This document shows positions 26,436-39,857 of a stretch of 64,000 nucleotides of DNA, piece after piece. A program made the translations under genes and the position numbers. Numbering within the stretch: position 1 is the stretch's first letter; each line of letters starts with the position of its first letter. The DNA is from Octopus sinensis (Eukaryota). The notes beneath the pieces are model-generated. The model was not told the DNA's origin. It was given only the letters and a program-made list of their open reading frames with translations, and did not search any database. The DNA lies in assembly GCF_006345805.1 (NCBI RefSeq), contig NC_043009.1:46810001-46874000 (forward strand), written 5' to 3'.

Positions 26436-26475
<40 letters not shown>

Positions 26476-26502
26476 GTGTGTGTGTGTGTGTGTGTGTGTG
26501 AA

Positions 26503-26783
26503 GGCGCAATGGCCCAGTGGTTAGGGCAGCGGACTCGCGGTCGCAGGATCGCGGTTTCGATTCCCAGACCGGGTGTTGTGAGTTTATTGAGCGAAAACAC
26601 CTAAAAGCTCCACGATGCTCCGGCAGGGGGTGGTGATCCCTGCTGTACTCTTTCACCACTCTTTCTTCTGTTGGCCAGCTCGCTTAGCCAGCGGGGTGGC
26701 GTCATTCGAAGGCTAAAAACAATGCGAACGCCTTGTGACCAGCGATGTATAACAACATCTGATGGTCTGGTCGGTCACGTGAT

Positions 26784-26790
<7 letters not shown>
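26503..26790 (+). mobile_element. tRNA-derived SINE, family C, full length
   Basis: GGCGCAATGGCCCAGTGGTTAGGGCAGCGGAC...GGTTTCGATTCCC (A/B boxes), unrelated body, tail GTCACGTGATCACGTGATATA. No acceptor stem, so not a tRNA gene. Confidence 0.85.
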
Positions 26791-26820
<30 letters not shown>

Positions 26821-26829
26821 GTTCACAGA

Positions 26830-27720
26830 TGAGATCCAGATGTCTCCGTAAAGAAGACATTGAGTAGTGCTCAGAATATTCAAACTTAGACTCTGATGTC
26901 TTTAGAACGAATCATCCCACAAGGTAAATAAAAGCTATAAGAGGGATCAAGTTGAGAGGGTATAGAAGCAATTATGTGGATCAACAAATTAGAATCATCA
27001 GCTATATTATATATATCAAATAGATGAAATGCAACACATGTAGACGAATATAAACATAGATACTTATCTTAATAGGTCCAACTTACACAGAGTAAAAACA
27101 ACAGAGACATTTGAACTTATTTGCATTAAGATCTGAAAAAGTAAGATCCTCTCTACCCTGATGAGGGAGGCTCGTCGCATCCTATGTTAATTGCATCCAT
27201 ACGGCCCCATATTGTGATGAGCTAAATCTATTAACATTATCATGGATTCCGAGTCCCCAGAAATTGCTGTTGGACTTATAACACCTTTCTTCCAGCTCTT
27301 TAATTTCCTCTGTCATTTGTACTCCGACTAAGTCGGACATATTAACATAAATATCTATAGATTTAGACGTACAAATTCATCTTCTGAAAGTTTCCACCTT
27401 TTGCATGGATACATATATACATATATATACATATTTTGTATTTGATGTATTTAATATATTTAATATATTTGATGTGTCTACTTTGTTTTTCCACATAATT
27501 GCCTATATGTACATATATATATATATATATAAAAGTTCAAATAAAGGTTACAAATTTGAACAAGTAGGAATATGAACACCTAATTGTATATATTTAGCCA
27601 ACTCTGACGAGATTCGACTTTTAAATGGTTTTAATTATGGTAATTAATTTATAGAGGTCAGGAATCGAAACAGATGTCTGAGATAATGTCTAATTTTTTT
27701 AATTAATCAATAATTATTTT
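26830..27720 (+). mobile_element. Penelope-like fragment 3 (very decayed GIY-YIG + 3' region with HHR)
   Basis: Pieces SYIIYIK*MKCNTC, RSNLHR and EARRILC*LHPYG resemble VIY..C..C..YIG.T..R.NLHR..E..WI..L..P.GLN. HHR core at 27604. Confidence 0.55.
27604..27682 (+). ncRNA. Hammerhead motif with extended stem II
   Basis: CUGACGA-GAUUC...GAAUC-GAAAC-AGAU-GUC. Stem II continues as GACUUUUA/UAGAGGUC and UUAAUUA/UAAUUAA. Stem I is not clearly paired. Confidence 0.65.
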
Positions 27721-28324
27721 CTTTCTATTTTCTTATCTTCTTTATGTATATGTGTGTGCGTGCGCGCGCGCATGTGTGTGTGTATGTATGTATATACTGA
27801 GGTTGGCTAAAAATCTTCATAAAACGTTACTCCGTGCTTCATGTGACTGATCATCAGACAGAATTCTGATAATGAGATGCGTGAGACCCAGTATAGCGGT
27901 ACGTCTTTTTTTCAGCGTCAATAAAACGCCACATTTCCCATTGCCTTTCATAAGTATACAATTATATGTATGCGCTTGTGATGTGTTTATCGTCTGTGTA
28001 GGTACATACACACGTATACGCACATTTTCACACACAGATATGCATATATATTTATACATATGCATAAGTACATATATGAATGTGTGTGTATTTGTATTTA
28101 TATGCATATACTTCGTGTCTATTGGTAAAGATATAACTTCGTATAAGCCACTGTCGTTGCCCTAGCATGGCTGTGTAATTCAAGCTGCAACTAGTGAAAG
28201 AAGATGAGAACTACATATCATACACGCTACACTACATACCTATATGACATACATAAATGCATACATACACACACTTACATAAATAGATATATGAAAATAC
28301 ACACACATATAGGGAGAGTTCACG

Positions 28325-28498
28325 AAAAAAACAAAACAAAAGACGAAGACAGGTGGTGTAGAAAACAAATAGATGTATTAGTATAACGCTCAGGAATTGA
28401 AAAATTCTTTTACGTTTCGAGCTTACTCTCTTCTACAGAAACGAACACAGAAGGAAACAAGGAGAGAAAAAAATGTGTAGTGGGTACTGATCTATCGC
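28325..28498 (-). mobile_element. Short non-autonomous element with degenerate HHR at 28406-28442
   Basis: Minus: UUU-CUGUAGA-A-GAGAGUAAGCUC-GAAACGUA-AAA; related to 22399-22581. Confidence 0.6.
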
Positions 28499-29435
28499 AT
28501 ACATCAATACATTTATGATGCCATATATATACATACCCATACACATACAAATACATATATACATATACAATTCTTCGGAAATAGAAGTAAAACAGGAAAT
28601 TTACGGAATCTGTTATGAAACTTTCAAATATTCTAACCAGATTTTAAATTAACGTTTACACCAATAATTTTTTTTTAGTAAGTACCTAACTAACACTATG
28701 GAAAATCTAGGGTTTTCAGGAAAAGAAATCAAGTACCTAACATGCATATTACAAATACAATCTATAAGCAGAAGAATACAAATATGCAAGACTGTTCTAA
28801 ATTTCAAAATGTGAATATGCTTTTGTTGTCTACATACCAAAGATTTTGTTCTATATCTGTTAGAAACTAGCATTTTCTTACAGGAATACTTCAGATAATT
28901 AAACACACACACATACTCTCACACACACACACCCACATATGCGTACATACATGCATGCATAAACACGCTTTTGTGTGTATTTATGTGCAACTTACTTAGG
29001 ATAGACAAACATTTAAGGAAACTAATGAAATGACGGAATGACTGAGCGACTTTGGTTGAAATTATACTGTTTGCTCAGTCTTCTTCATCTATTACTCAGA
29101 GAACGTTAATCAGCCTTTGAGGAAAACCAATGTTTTCCCCATTAACACAAGCACTAAATAAATATTTTTATTACAGAAAGAGGATAGCAAGCAAACGTGA
29201 GTTACACTTCGTTTTTTGTTTACTTTTATATTATGTCCTTTTATTTTACTTTTATTTATTTATTTATTTATTTATTGCTATTTTTCTGATCTGTTAAAAT
29301 GGTAAACATTAAACTAAGACTAAAGCAGTTTTCCTTCTTGGTAAAAGTATTTTCAAAAGCTCATACTCATTCTGATGTTTGTAACAAGATGCACATAAAT
29401 GTTATTTCTGCCAATATCTATTCGTAACTGCATAT

Positions 29436-29606
<171 letters not shown>

Positions 29607-29982
29607 TGTATATATGCATGTATGTATGTATATTTATATGAAATACACACAGTTTATATATACATACACGCGGAGTAGATGAAACAGAGGCGACTGAAGA
29701 AGGGGGATTTCCGTGCGTTGTATGTCCTGTACTCTATTTTTTCGTTGTTTAAGAAAAATGTCCATTTCCTTGGTTTTGTGTTTATGTTTTCCTTTCTCAT
29801 TGTGTTCGACGTTTTTATGGTGTCCTGTACCCATATATGCATGTATATATACATGTAGATGTAGGTACGTACATATATGTATGTATATATGCATATGTTT
29901 TATTTATTAATTTGTTATATATATATGTGTGTGTGTATGTGTGTGTGTGTGTATGTGTGTGTGTGTGCATGTGTGTGTGTGC

Positions 29983-31350
<1,368 letters not shown>

Positions 31351-31892
31351 AAAGTCGAAGTGCGATAAAATAAAATTAATTATTATCGCTGGTATATATA
31401 TATATATATATAGTTGAAACGGGGTCAAGAGTCCATACAAATCAAAAATTATGTTGGGAAAAGCACAAAAGTATAGTTTAAAGAATATGCCAAAGTGTAA
31501 ATGTTGTGTATAGAATACAATGTAACAAATGCAACAAGTTCTATGTGGGTAGCACAAGACCGTTACACGTCCGCATCAAAGAACATCTGAACACGAGTGC
31601 TTCCTCCTTCAGAAAACATCTAGACAGATGCTGAAACACTGTCAAAAGTATAACAGTCAAAATAGAGGCCAATGAAAGAAATTTGGATAACTTAAGTATT
31701 AAGGAAGCGATACTCATACACATTCTAGGGCCCCAAATTAACAACAAACTGGAGGTTGGTAATCAATACATTATTTAGATACATCTGGATGCGCGTAGGT
31801 TCATTTTTGATAACATGCTCATCTGTAGTATATAACAAAACAAAAGAGAAGAGAAAAAGAAGGGGGAAAAGGAAGCTGCATGTATAATACCT

Positions 31893-32308
31893 ATTTATTT
31901 ATTACCCACAAGGGGCTAAATACAGAGGGGACAAACACGGACAGACATAGGTATTAAGTCGATTACATCGACCCCAGTGCGTAACTGGTACTTAATTTAT
32001 CGACCCCGAAAGGATGAAAGGCAAAGTCGACCTCGGCGGAATTTGAACTCACAACGTAACGGCAGACGAAATACCTATTTCTTTATTACCCACAAGGGGC
32101 TGAACATAGAGGGGACAAACATGGACAGACATAGGTATTATGTCGATTATATCGACCCCAGTGCTTAACTGGTACTTAATTTATCGACCCCGAAAGGATG
32201 AAAGGCAAAGTCGACCTCGGCGGAATTTGAACTCACAACGTAACGGCAGACGAAATACCGCTAAGCATTTCGCCCGGCGTGCTAACGTTTCTGCCAGCTC
32301 GCCGCCTT
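31893..32308 (-). mobile_element. SINE family B dimer (full + 5'-truncated unit) with 19-bp TSD
   Basis: TSD GCTGCA(T/C)GTATAATACCTA at 31875-31893 and 32309-32327; internal junction at 32075/32076. Confidence 0.95.
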
Positions 32309-32512
32309 GCTGCACGTATAATACCTAACTTAGAAGCAGCGCTACGGATGTACCAGCACATATGAGATTGAGACATGGCCGACCTCACGCACTTCTCATG
32401 AGGAATTCCGGAAAGAGTGTCGTGAGACTATTGCTGAGACGCTTCCAAAAAATAAAAAAATAAAAGCCGTTAGAAAACCGATTATAGCAGCCGATATAGA
32501 CTCCATCTAAGA

Positions 32513-32549
32513 ATATCCGAAGAAGGAATATTATTCCGAAATATCATAT
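32513..32549 (+). ncRNA. Minimal type-I hammerhead motif (U4C variant) at a PLE 3' end
   Basis: AUAU-CCGAAGA-A-GGAAU(AUU)AUUCC-GAA-AUAU-C-AUAU. 5-bp stem II, palindromic AUAU stem III, AUC triplet, 4-bp stem I. Confidence 0.7.
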
Positions 32550-32784
32550 CAGACTATGGATGACTAAATTACAACAGGTATATAGCCCATTGTCTCTATT
32601 ATAGTGCATTGTTGAACCATTCAAAATTTTTTATTCTTTACTAACAATACACAAAGCTTCAAGCGAACTACAATACTCTCCTATTTTAAAGAATGTTTAA
32701 TATTTTTGTTAGGTTCAAAAGTTCAAGTTTCTGGAATTTTATCGAAAAGAAATCTTTATATTCAGGATATTGCCGACCGTGTGC

Positions 32785-32817
<33 letters not shown>

Positions 32818-32834
32818 TGTGCGTGCGTGTGAGT

Positions 32835-32877
<43 letters not shown>

Positions 32878-32939
32878 TATTTGGAATATACTGTCAAAAT
32901 AATTTTCTCTTTTTTCCCTTTTTCTATTAGGAGAATATC

Positions 32940-34350
32940 GTCAGCGGTTAAGGATGGTCATTCAAAAGATTTAGAAGGAATTAATTTGCTTTGCTTTGTG
33001 TATTTGTGTGTTGTTTCGCCTGTGTGAATGCGTGTGTATGCGTGTGTCTGTGTATGTTGTTTTGGTTTATTTTTTGGCGGGGGTGGATATGTTTGTTGTG
33101 GATGTGTATCTGTTTTTGTTTATGTGAAGGAAGGATTTTTAGTGTGTTAATGTAGTGTGTGACAGATTTTTCATTGATTGATAGTAGGCGTTTAGGTATT
33201 TAGTTGTGGTTTAAATTTGTTAAAGAAATTAGTGTGTGCTTTTGGTTTTGTAGTGTGTGTGTTGTTTTGTCTGTGTGTGTATATGTTTTAGTGGTGTATG
33301 TGTGTGTATGTGTATGTATGTGTGTTTATTTCTTTTTTGGTGGTGATGTGTGTGCACATGTATGTGGGGTTTTTGGGGTTTGGGAAATATGTTCTCTAAT
33401 TTGTAGTGTGTTGGTTTATGTTGTGTGTGTTTGGTTTTGTGGGAATGTTTTGTGTGTGTATATGTGTGTGTGTGCGCGCGCACGGCAGATCCTTATTTAT
33501 TGATGAATGGTGGGTGTTTCGATATTTAGGTTTGGTCTATATTTGTTGAATTGTTTTCCTTGTTTATTCTCTGTTGTTCCCGCAGTTTGCAATGTGACTA
33601 CTGGAAGCTTCTTCGTGCTTTCGTCTCGAATCTGTTGGTGGTGTAACGTCATTCTTTTGCATAATGAAGCACTCGTCTTTACTATGTAGTTTTGTTGGCA
33701 TCCACCGCATGTCATTGCGCAGATTGAGTTGTTGGAGTTACAGATTAAGTTTACTTTTGCTTTAAAGGTTTGTCCTTCCTTTAGGTATAAGCAGGTGGCA
33801 CAATTTGTTCTTCTACATGTTGTCACAGCTGGGTGAGGGATTTGTTTCTGTGTTTTCGTTCCAATAATGATTCGGTTGAGTGTTTTGGGCAGCCTTTTGT
33901 TTTTGATGATTTGTTATGTTTCCAGAATTTTTTCATTTTTTCATCTTCAAGTAGAATGGGGAGGTTTTTGTGGATGAGGTCAAATATTTCAATGTTTCTG
34001 GGGTTGAAGGTTGACACATGGTAAAATATTTTTCTTTGTTTTGATTTTCGTTTGCCTTAGTTACTGAATATCAATGTTTTGCTCTGTCCATTCCATTGGT
34101 AATTAGGCCTAGTGGGAATGCTCTTTGGGTGGGAATGCTCTTTGGATGTGAATGTTTTTAAGTTTTTTTCTGTCTTTGTTCACGCTTAAATGGGTGTGAC
34201 ACTATTGCGCAAATTCGTTTTGCTAGGTTAAAGGGAATATTCAGTTTGGTGTGTTTTGGGTGGCATGATGTGAGTAGAAGGTCTTGTTTGGAGTCCATAG
34301 GTTTATAGAATATGTCTGCTTCTATTTTCCTATCTCTGTTGGTCATTGAA
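32940..34350 (-). mobile_element. Penelope-like fragment 5 (RT thumb, Cys linker, GIY-YIG)
   Basis: IFYKPMDSKQDLLLTSCHPKHTKLNIPFNLAKRICAIVS; STFNPRNIEIF; CRRTNCATC...CNSNNSICAMTCGGCQQNYIVKT...KRMTLHHQQIRD. Confidence 0.93.
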
Positions 34351-34479
34351 ATATCCAGAAAAATCCATATCGGTATCCATGAAAATCAAAACGAAAATCA
34401 AAACAAAGAATTATATTTTACCATATGTGTCAACTTTCGTCGCCAGAAACGCTGAAATATTAGTGTGTGCGTGCGCGTG

Positions 34480-34534
<55 letters not shown>

Positions 34535-34904
34535 GTGTGTGTGTGTGTGTGTGTAATATTAGCTTCTGTATAATTCATAATTCTTTTTCACTCTCCTCCA
34601 TTTGCTTTTGCCATATTGTTGATGTCAAATCGTATCTTGAAACAGATTTAACTCTAGCACTTTTGCCAGTGCAAGTGTTCCGTATTGGCAAAACTTCAAA
34701 CAACGTATAGTTTTGTAAATTTTATATCTTTATGTACGCATTATATATGCGAATGTGTATGTGTGTGTGAGTGTGTGTGTGTATGTGTGTGTGCTGGAAC
34801 TATATATACTGAACATAGGGATAAATTAGGATCGCACAACTCTACTGAAGTGAGATAAACACAAGGGACCTGAAATTATAGGGTCGATCATCGTTCCTTG
34901 GAAG

Positions 34905-35790
34905 CCATGCTGAAAGCAGGAACGAACTGGCTAGTCTGTTCCGGAGGACTTTCCGTTCCGGAACTATCATGGATAATTTCCAGATGTCCATGGTTTGGCA
35001 GTGTTACCGGCGGGGAGTGGGGAGCTACTCGTTCGAGATAAACTCTACAGGAACGGATGTGCTGTTAGATGGGTTTGTCCGAGGTGCACGCAGAGTGACG
35101 AAACCTTTCTGCACGCCTTCGTTCGGTAACTGGGCATTGCTGGCTTGTGGGGTTATGTTGAACAGCTGCTGTCGCGTGTGAGACGGATCTGGTTGTAAGC
35201 CGAGTCTATAGAGATGATCACACTGCCATCCTCCTTCAATCGGGCAGGCAAGGCAGTTTTCCTATGCCTGGTGGCTGTGGCGAAAGAGGTTGTTTGGTGA
35301 ACAAGGCTGAAAGACATGAAGACAGATACATTCCTCTTTGGTAGGGCTCTCATTGACTTCTTCAAGTTTCACTTGAAAAGGAAACTGTGAGTTGAGAGGG
35401 GAGTGTTGTCCTCGAGTAAGCTTATTGAAAGGTGAGTGAAAGTTTCAAAAATGGCAAGAGTGGATGGTACCTCTCTAAGTGTAGACCTGTGAGTCGGAAT
35501 GGGCGCTTGGGGTTTCAGGGAAATCTCGGCCGGTGGGGTTCTTCGATTATCCCTAGAGGCCTTACTGCATCAGGAGGACCACATCTCTACCATTCTCCCC
35601 GCCACTTTTGTTTCTTTTTCTTATCTTGTTACCTTAAAAATATGCTATGAACATGTCCCTTCTTTTTCAGTTTATATCATGTATATTTAATTTCTTTCTT
35701 TCCTTTCCTAGCTTTTTTTAAAAATCATCTTATTATATGTAACCCCACGCTTATATATCTGTCTTTGCATTGTCCCCTCACCCTTCACCC
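34905..35790 (+). mobile_element. Tx1/L1-like LINE 3' end (zf-RVT domain + 3' UTR), 5'-truncated
   Basis: Hand translation VRDKLYRNG...VCPRCTQSDETFLHAFVR*...LWGYVEQLL...VAVAKEVVW*TRL...FFKFHLKRKL shows the CxxC..ET..H zinc motif, with several stops. Confidence 0.8.
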
Positions 35791-35811
35791 TCGTAGCAAA
35801 TAAATGAAATC

Positions 35812-35827
35812 ATCATCATCATCATCA

Positions 35828-35889
<62 letters not shown>

Positions 35890-35942
35890 CATTATTATTA
35901 TTATTAAATCCGAGGCGTGGTTATTGCTAGTTGAAATTATTA

Positions 35943-36009
<67 letters not shown>

Positions 36010-36042
36010 CATCATCATCATCATCATCAATATTATTATTAT
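35812..36042. repeat. (ATT)n/(ATC)n trinucleotide array
   Basis: Directly visible. Confidence 0.97.
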
Positions 36043-36044
36043 CC

Positions 36045-36730
36045 TGAGCTGATGAATTGGAGATGACTTCATACTCGCACAACATTCTGCAGAACGATGT
36101 TTTTTTTATATGGCTGCATTAAGATTACCATGGATCCGGATCAAAAGCCCAACACCTGCTGCAGAAATCATTCCCCACGCCATTAAAACCCCACCTCCAA
36201 ACTTCACAGATTTCTTCACGCATTTAGGGAGCAACCTTTAACGTTTTTGACCTCTCGCGAATTGTCTAGTGTCGGAACCAATCAAATTCAACTTGCCTTT
36301 GTCACTGAATAACACCAGCGACCAGTTGTAGTCCATCCAAAGTACTAACTTCACCAGCAAAGACTAACCCGCTGGCAAAGACTAACCTCGCTTTTCAGCT
36401 CTTCATACTGATGAGAGGTTTAATGGTGGGGCAATGGGCATCAAGTCCGACTTCATTCAAGCGACGAGTCAATCTTCTGAGACACATTCATTCCGTAATC
36501 ACGATATACTTGGTGAGAAACTGCTGCAGCAATATCGAAACTGTGCCTTAACAACAACCTCTGAATCTCATAGTCTTGCAGAACACTTATTTTCCGTGAT
36601 CTAACTCGCTTTTTTAATGACGCAAATGAGGTTATTTCCTCATAAAGCTTGAGTATTTTTGAAACAACGCTCTTTGAACTGTTAATGTCCCTGGCGGTAG
36701 CATAAATTGCCATTCTTTCTTTATTCATTA
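36045..36730 (-). mobile_element. Tc1-like transposase fragment (HTH + N-terminal half of DDE)
   Basis: ARDINSSKSVVSKILKLYEE...RSRK (HTH); WSLVLFSDKGKLNLIGSD; KSVKFGGGVLMAWGMISAAGVGLLIRIHGNLNA. Confidence 0.9.
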
Positions 36731-37112
36731 CTAGCAGTATCGCCCGGCGTTGCTCAGGTTTGTAAGGGAAATAACTATAAAGCATTTTTAGAGAGTTAGC
36801 CAAAAAATAGCAAAAAAATGGAAAAAAATGATGGTAAATTTTTTTTGATAGTTAAAAAAGGTGGAGTTGCGTCCCCTACACAGTTTGTGGTTTGTGTTCC
36901 TGATTCTCGACCCCATGTCGAATTTATCGATTTTTTTCAGAACTGGGGGAACTTTTCAAAATTTTCGCTGCGTTAGTTTTGAATTATGACATTGGGCTAT
37001 GTGTGTGTCAAGTTTCATCAGAATCAGTTGAAAGCCGTGGTCAGGGTGAGGGTACAAGCAAACAGACACACAGAAACACGCACAGACAAACTGCCGTTTA
37101 TATAGAGAGAGA
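36731..37112 (-). mobile_element. Non-autonomous Helitron-like element
   Basis: Minus strand reads A|TC...GCAACGCCGGGCGATACTG-CTAG|T: 5'-TC, 3'-CTAG, A-T target, GC-rich subterminal hairpin candidate, no TSD. Confidence 0.8.
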
Positions 37113-37610
37113 TAACCACACGCTTCCTGAGGTTTTTATCAACTTTACGTCGGCTTTCCATAGTTGTTAATTCACTACTGCTCAATATAAACCTTCGTGC
37201 AGTTAGGTCAACGTAGTTTACATCGGTCGGAGTGTTGCCAGATTTTTGAATTTTACGTCATGCGTTCTCTAATTTTGTCGATCTTGTATTTTTCAAATAA
37301 GCATTTTCTTTATAATATTTTCTCTATTATATTTTCTCTATTTAGTTATTAAACTCTTCCCACAGAATTTATTGTAAATAATGATATATAGTAAAAATCC
37401 CATTCGAAAAAATGAAATAGAAATCTTATTTTATTTTTATTTTATTTTTCTAATTTTGGCCACTAATGTGTACACACACACACACACACACATACATACA
37501 CACACACACAAGTGGAAGAAGAAACTACTCAATGAATGATATGGGGCTTATATATTTTCTTATATATATAAATACACGTACGCATAGATAGATAGATAGA
37601 TAGATAGATA

Positions 37611-39202
37611 CACTGGCAAAAATAAATTTAAGACCGATGATAAAAGTTCTATTTCTTACAAAATATTTTGTTACTAACACCATACAAATTATTTTTATCT
37701 TTTACACCTTATGCAGAATTTATTTCTATTTCGAATGATGCAGACAATGACTATTTTTATACAACTTGAAAAATTCTAATGCTACATTAATATAATCGTT
37801 TCAATTTTACCGGCAAAATTAGTTTAAGACCGTGTCATTATAATTTTATTTAAAGCTTAATATTGTAGCAAAATGAGCAAAAAGAATGAAATACATATTA
37901 GTACTTTGTGCCGTAGCCTTTATTCTTAATAACGGCTGAACAACGCCTCGGCATTGAATTCTCTAAGTGATTACAAAATTCTATGTAATGTTTTGCCATA
38001 TTTCATTGATATAATCGAATAATTGTTTTAGATTAGATGGTCTTTTAGCATGGACTTTTATGGAAAAATAATTCCACAAGTTCTCGATCGGATTCAGGTC
38101 CGAGCTCTGGGGAGGCCATTCAATTACGTCAATATCATGGTGATCAAAAAATTCCGTAACCTTCTTGGCTTTGTGCATAAGACTATTGTCCTGCTGATAA
38201 ATAGCCCCTGGAGGCATTTGGTGAGCCAAATATGGCACAACATTATCCTTCAGTAGATTTATATAACCTACACTATTTAGTTTTCCATCAACTTTAACTT
38301 TAGGGCCAACATCAAAGCTACTAGTTGCTGCCCACACCATCACACGCCCACACCCGCTTGCGCCGTCTTTTTCAGGCATTTCGGATGGAATTCCTTTGTT
38401 GGGCGACGTTTGACGTATGTTTACCATCTGATCCAAATATACAGAAGCATGACTCGTCACCCCAAAAGACCCTGCACCAATCTTTGGCAGTCCATTGAGC
38501 ATGACCTTTTGCGAAATTAAGGCGTTTGAGTCGATTTCGTTCGGATATTATTGACATTTTTCTAGCGATTCGTCCATGTGGTCCAAATTCTCTCAAACGG
38601 TTGCGGATGGTTTGTGGTGTAAAAATAACACCATTCTCATTGGACAATTGTTTACAAATGTTAACGGCTGTCAGCATTCGGTTGCCTTCTGAAAGTCGGT
38701 GGGGCGCCATTCCTTTGCCGATCTCTATATTGACCAGTCTCCCAGTATAACTTCCACGCTTGCACGCAAGCCGTTTTACTGCACTTTAGTTGCTTGGTGA
38801 TGATCGAAAAGGAAACTTTTTGCTGGTGGATTAATACGATGTTTGCTCTCGTGACTGGACTGAGGCTACGTTGCTTTTCCATTATAAATTGTATAATAAC
38901 GTTAAATTATAGCACTATATAGTGCAGTTAGGCTAGTTGTGTGACCACCCATTTTGGCAAAATAATTCGCATACATATTACATGGTTTTAAACTAATTTT
39001 GCTCGGAGTATTTGAAACATTTATATTAATTTAGCATTAGAATTCTTCAAGTTTTATAAACATTGTTATTGTCTGCATCATTCGAAAGAGAAATAAATTC
39101 TGCATAAGGTGTAAACGATAAAAATAATTTGTATGGTGTTAGTAACAAAATATTTTGTAAGAAATAGAACTATCATCGGTCTTAAATTTATTTTCGCCCG
39201 TG
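37611..39202 (-). mobile_element. Full-length Tc1 (DD34E) transposon with ~225-bp IR-DR terminal inverted repeats and TA TSD
   Basis: Left TIR 37611-37835 and right TIR 38981-39202. Each has an outer AAATAAATTTAAGACCG and an inner AAATTAGTTTAA(G/A)ACC repeat. TA at 37609-37610 and 39203-39204. Confidence 0.95.
37898..38882 (-). pseudogene. Tc1 transposase, frameshifted
   Basis: MEKQRSLSP.. HTH; TIRNRLRE; VFWGDES; VMVWA; YQQDN + 34 residues to NPIENLW; ends AVIKNKGYGTKY*. Confidence 0.95.
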
Positions 39203-39216
39203 TAGATAGATTGATT

Positions 39217-39325
<109 letters not shown>

Positions 39326-39857
39326 AGAGGCACACACACATACATACACACGCATAAGATCGAAAAATTCGATTCTGTACCAAAAGACGCTCAAATAGTG
39401 TATTTTAAATTTAGTGAAATGTTAAGGTGAATCTATACAGGGAGAGAAGACCACCATGTGGTCTTCTTTCCGTCTGTAAATTTTATACACTCATATATAT
39501 ATTATAAAAATATTTATGTCTACTGACATTTTTTTACGCATGCAAGCCACTGGGATAAATTACTTCTTTTAATAAATTTTACCCTTTATATATGTGTGTG
39601 TTTGTGTGTGTGTGTGTGTGTTGTGTGTGTCTGTGTGTGTGTGTAACTGGAAATGTATTACAACCCCACTATGTTCCATGCTATTCTAAGAAATTGTAGT
39701 TTGCTTTTTACTTAGCGACTCTTGCTACCATAACGACGACATGAATCTCTTCCATCTTCTTGCTCTGTTAAAATATCTAAGAAAATTTATATTAATGTAT
39801 GCTACCTGTTGAAATGTATCCTACCTGTTGAAATTCCATATATATATATATATATAT

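Larger units (their letters stand above)
26195..26436. mobile_element. HHR-bearing non-autonomous element with terminal fold-back (palindrome 26278-26436)
   Basis: 80/79-nt arms with no spacer, centre GCT|AGC at 26357/26358 and one A-run indel; (TA)n on both flanks. Confidence 0.9.
31420..32600 (+). mobile_element. Penelope-like fragment 4 (GIY-YIG at 31485-31778 + 3' region interrupted by a SINE dimer, with terminal HHR)
   Basis: ICQSVNVVYRIQCNKCNKFYVGSTRPLHVRIKEHLNTSASSFRKHLDRC*...NLSIKEAILIHILGPQINNK. Confidence 0.88.

Noticed and set aside
26503-26570. tRNA-like sequence
   Set aside because: A/B boxes are present, but there is no acceptor-stem pairing and it continues into a SINE body.
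27158-27180. CTGATGAG hammerhead-like start
   Set aside because: Lies within the decayed GIY-YIG coding region; no GAAA or stem III.
29695-29725. CTGAAGAAGGGGGATTTCC
   Set aside because: No GAAA or stem III downstream; a type-II reading leaves no stem I.
32392-32425. CTCATGAGGAATTCCGGAAAG
   Set aside because: G5 is mutated, there is an extra G before GAAA, and no valid stems I/III.
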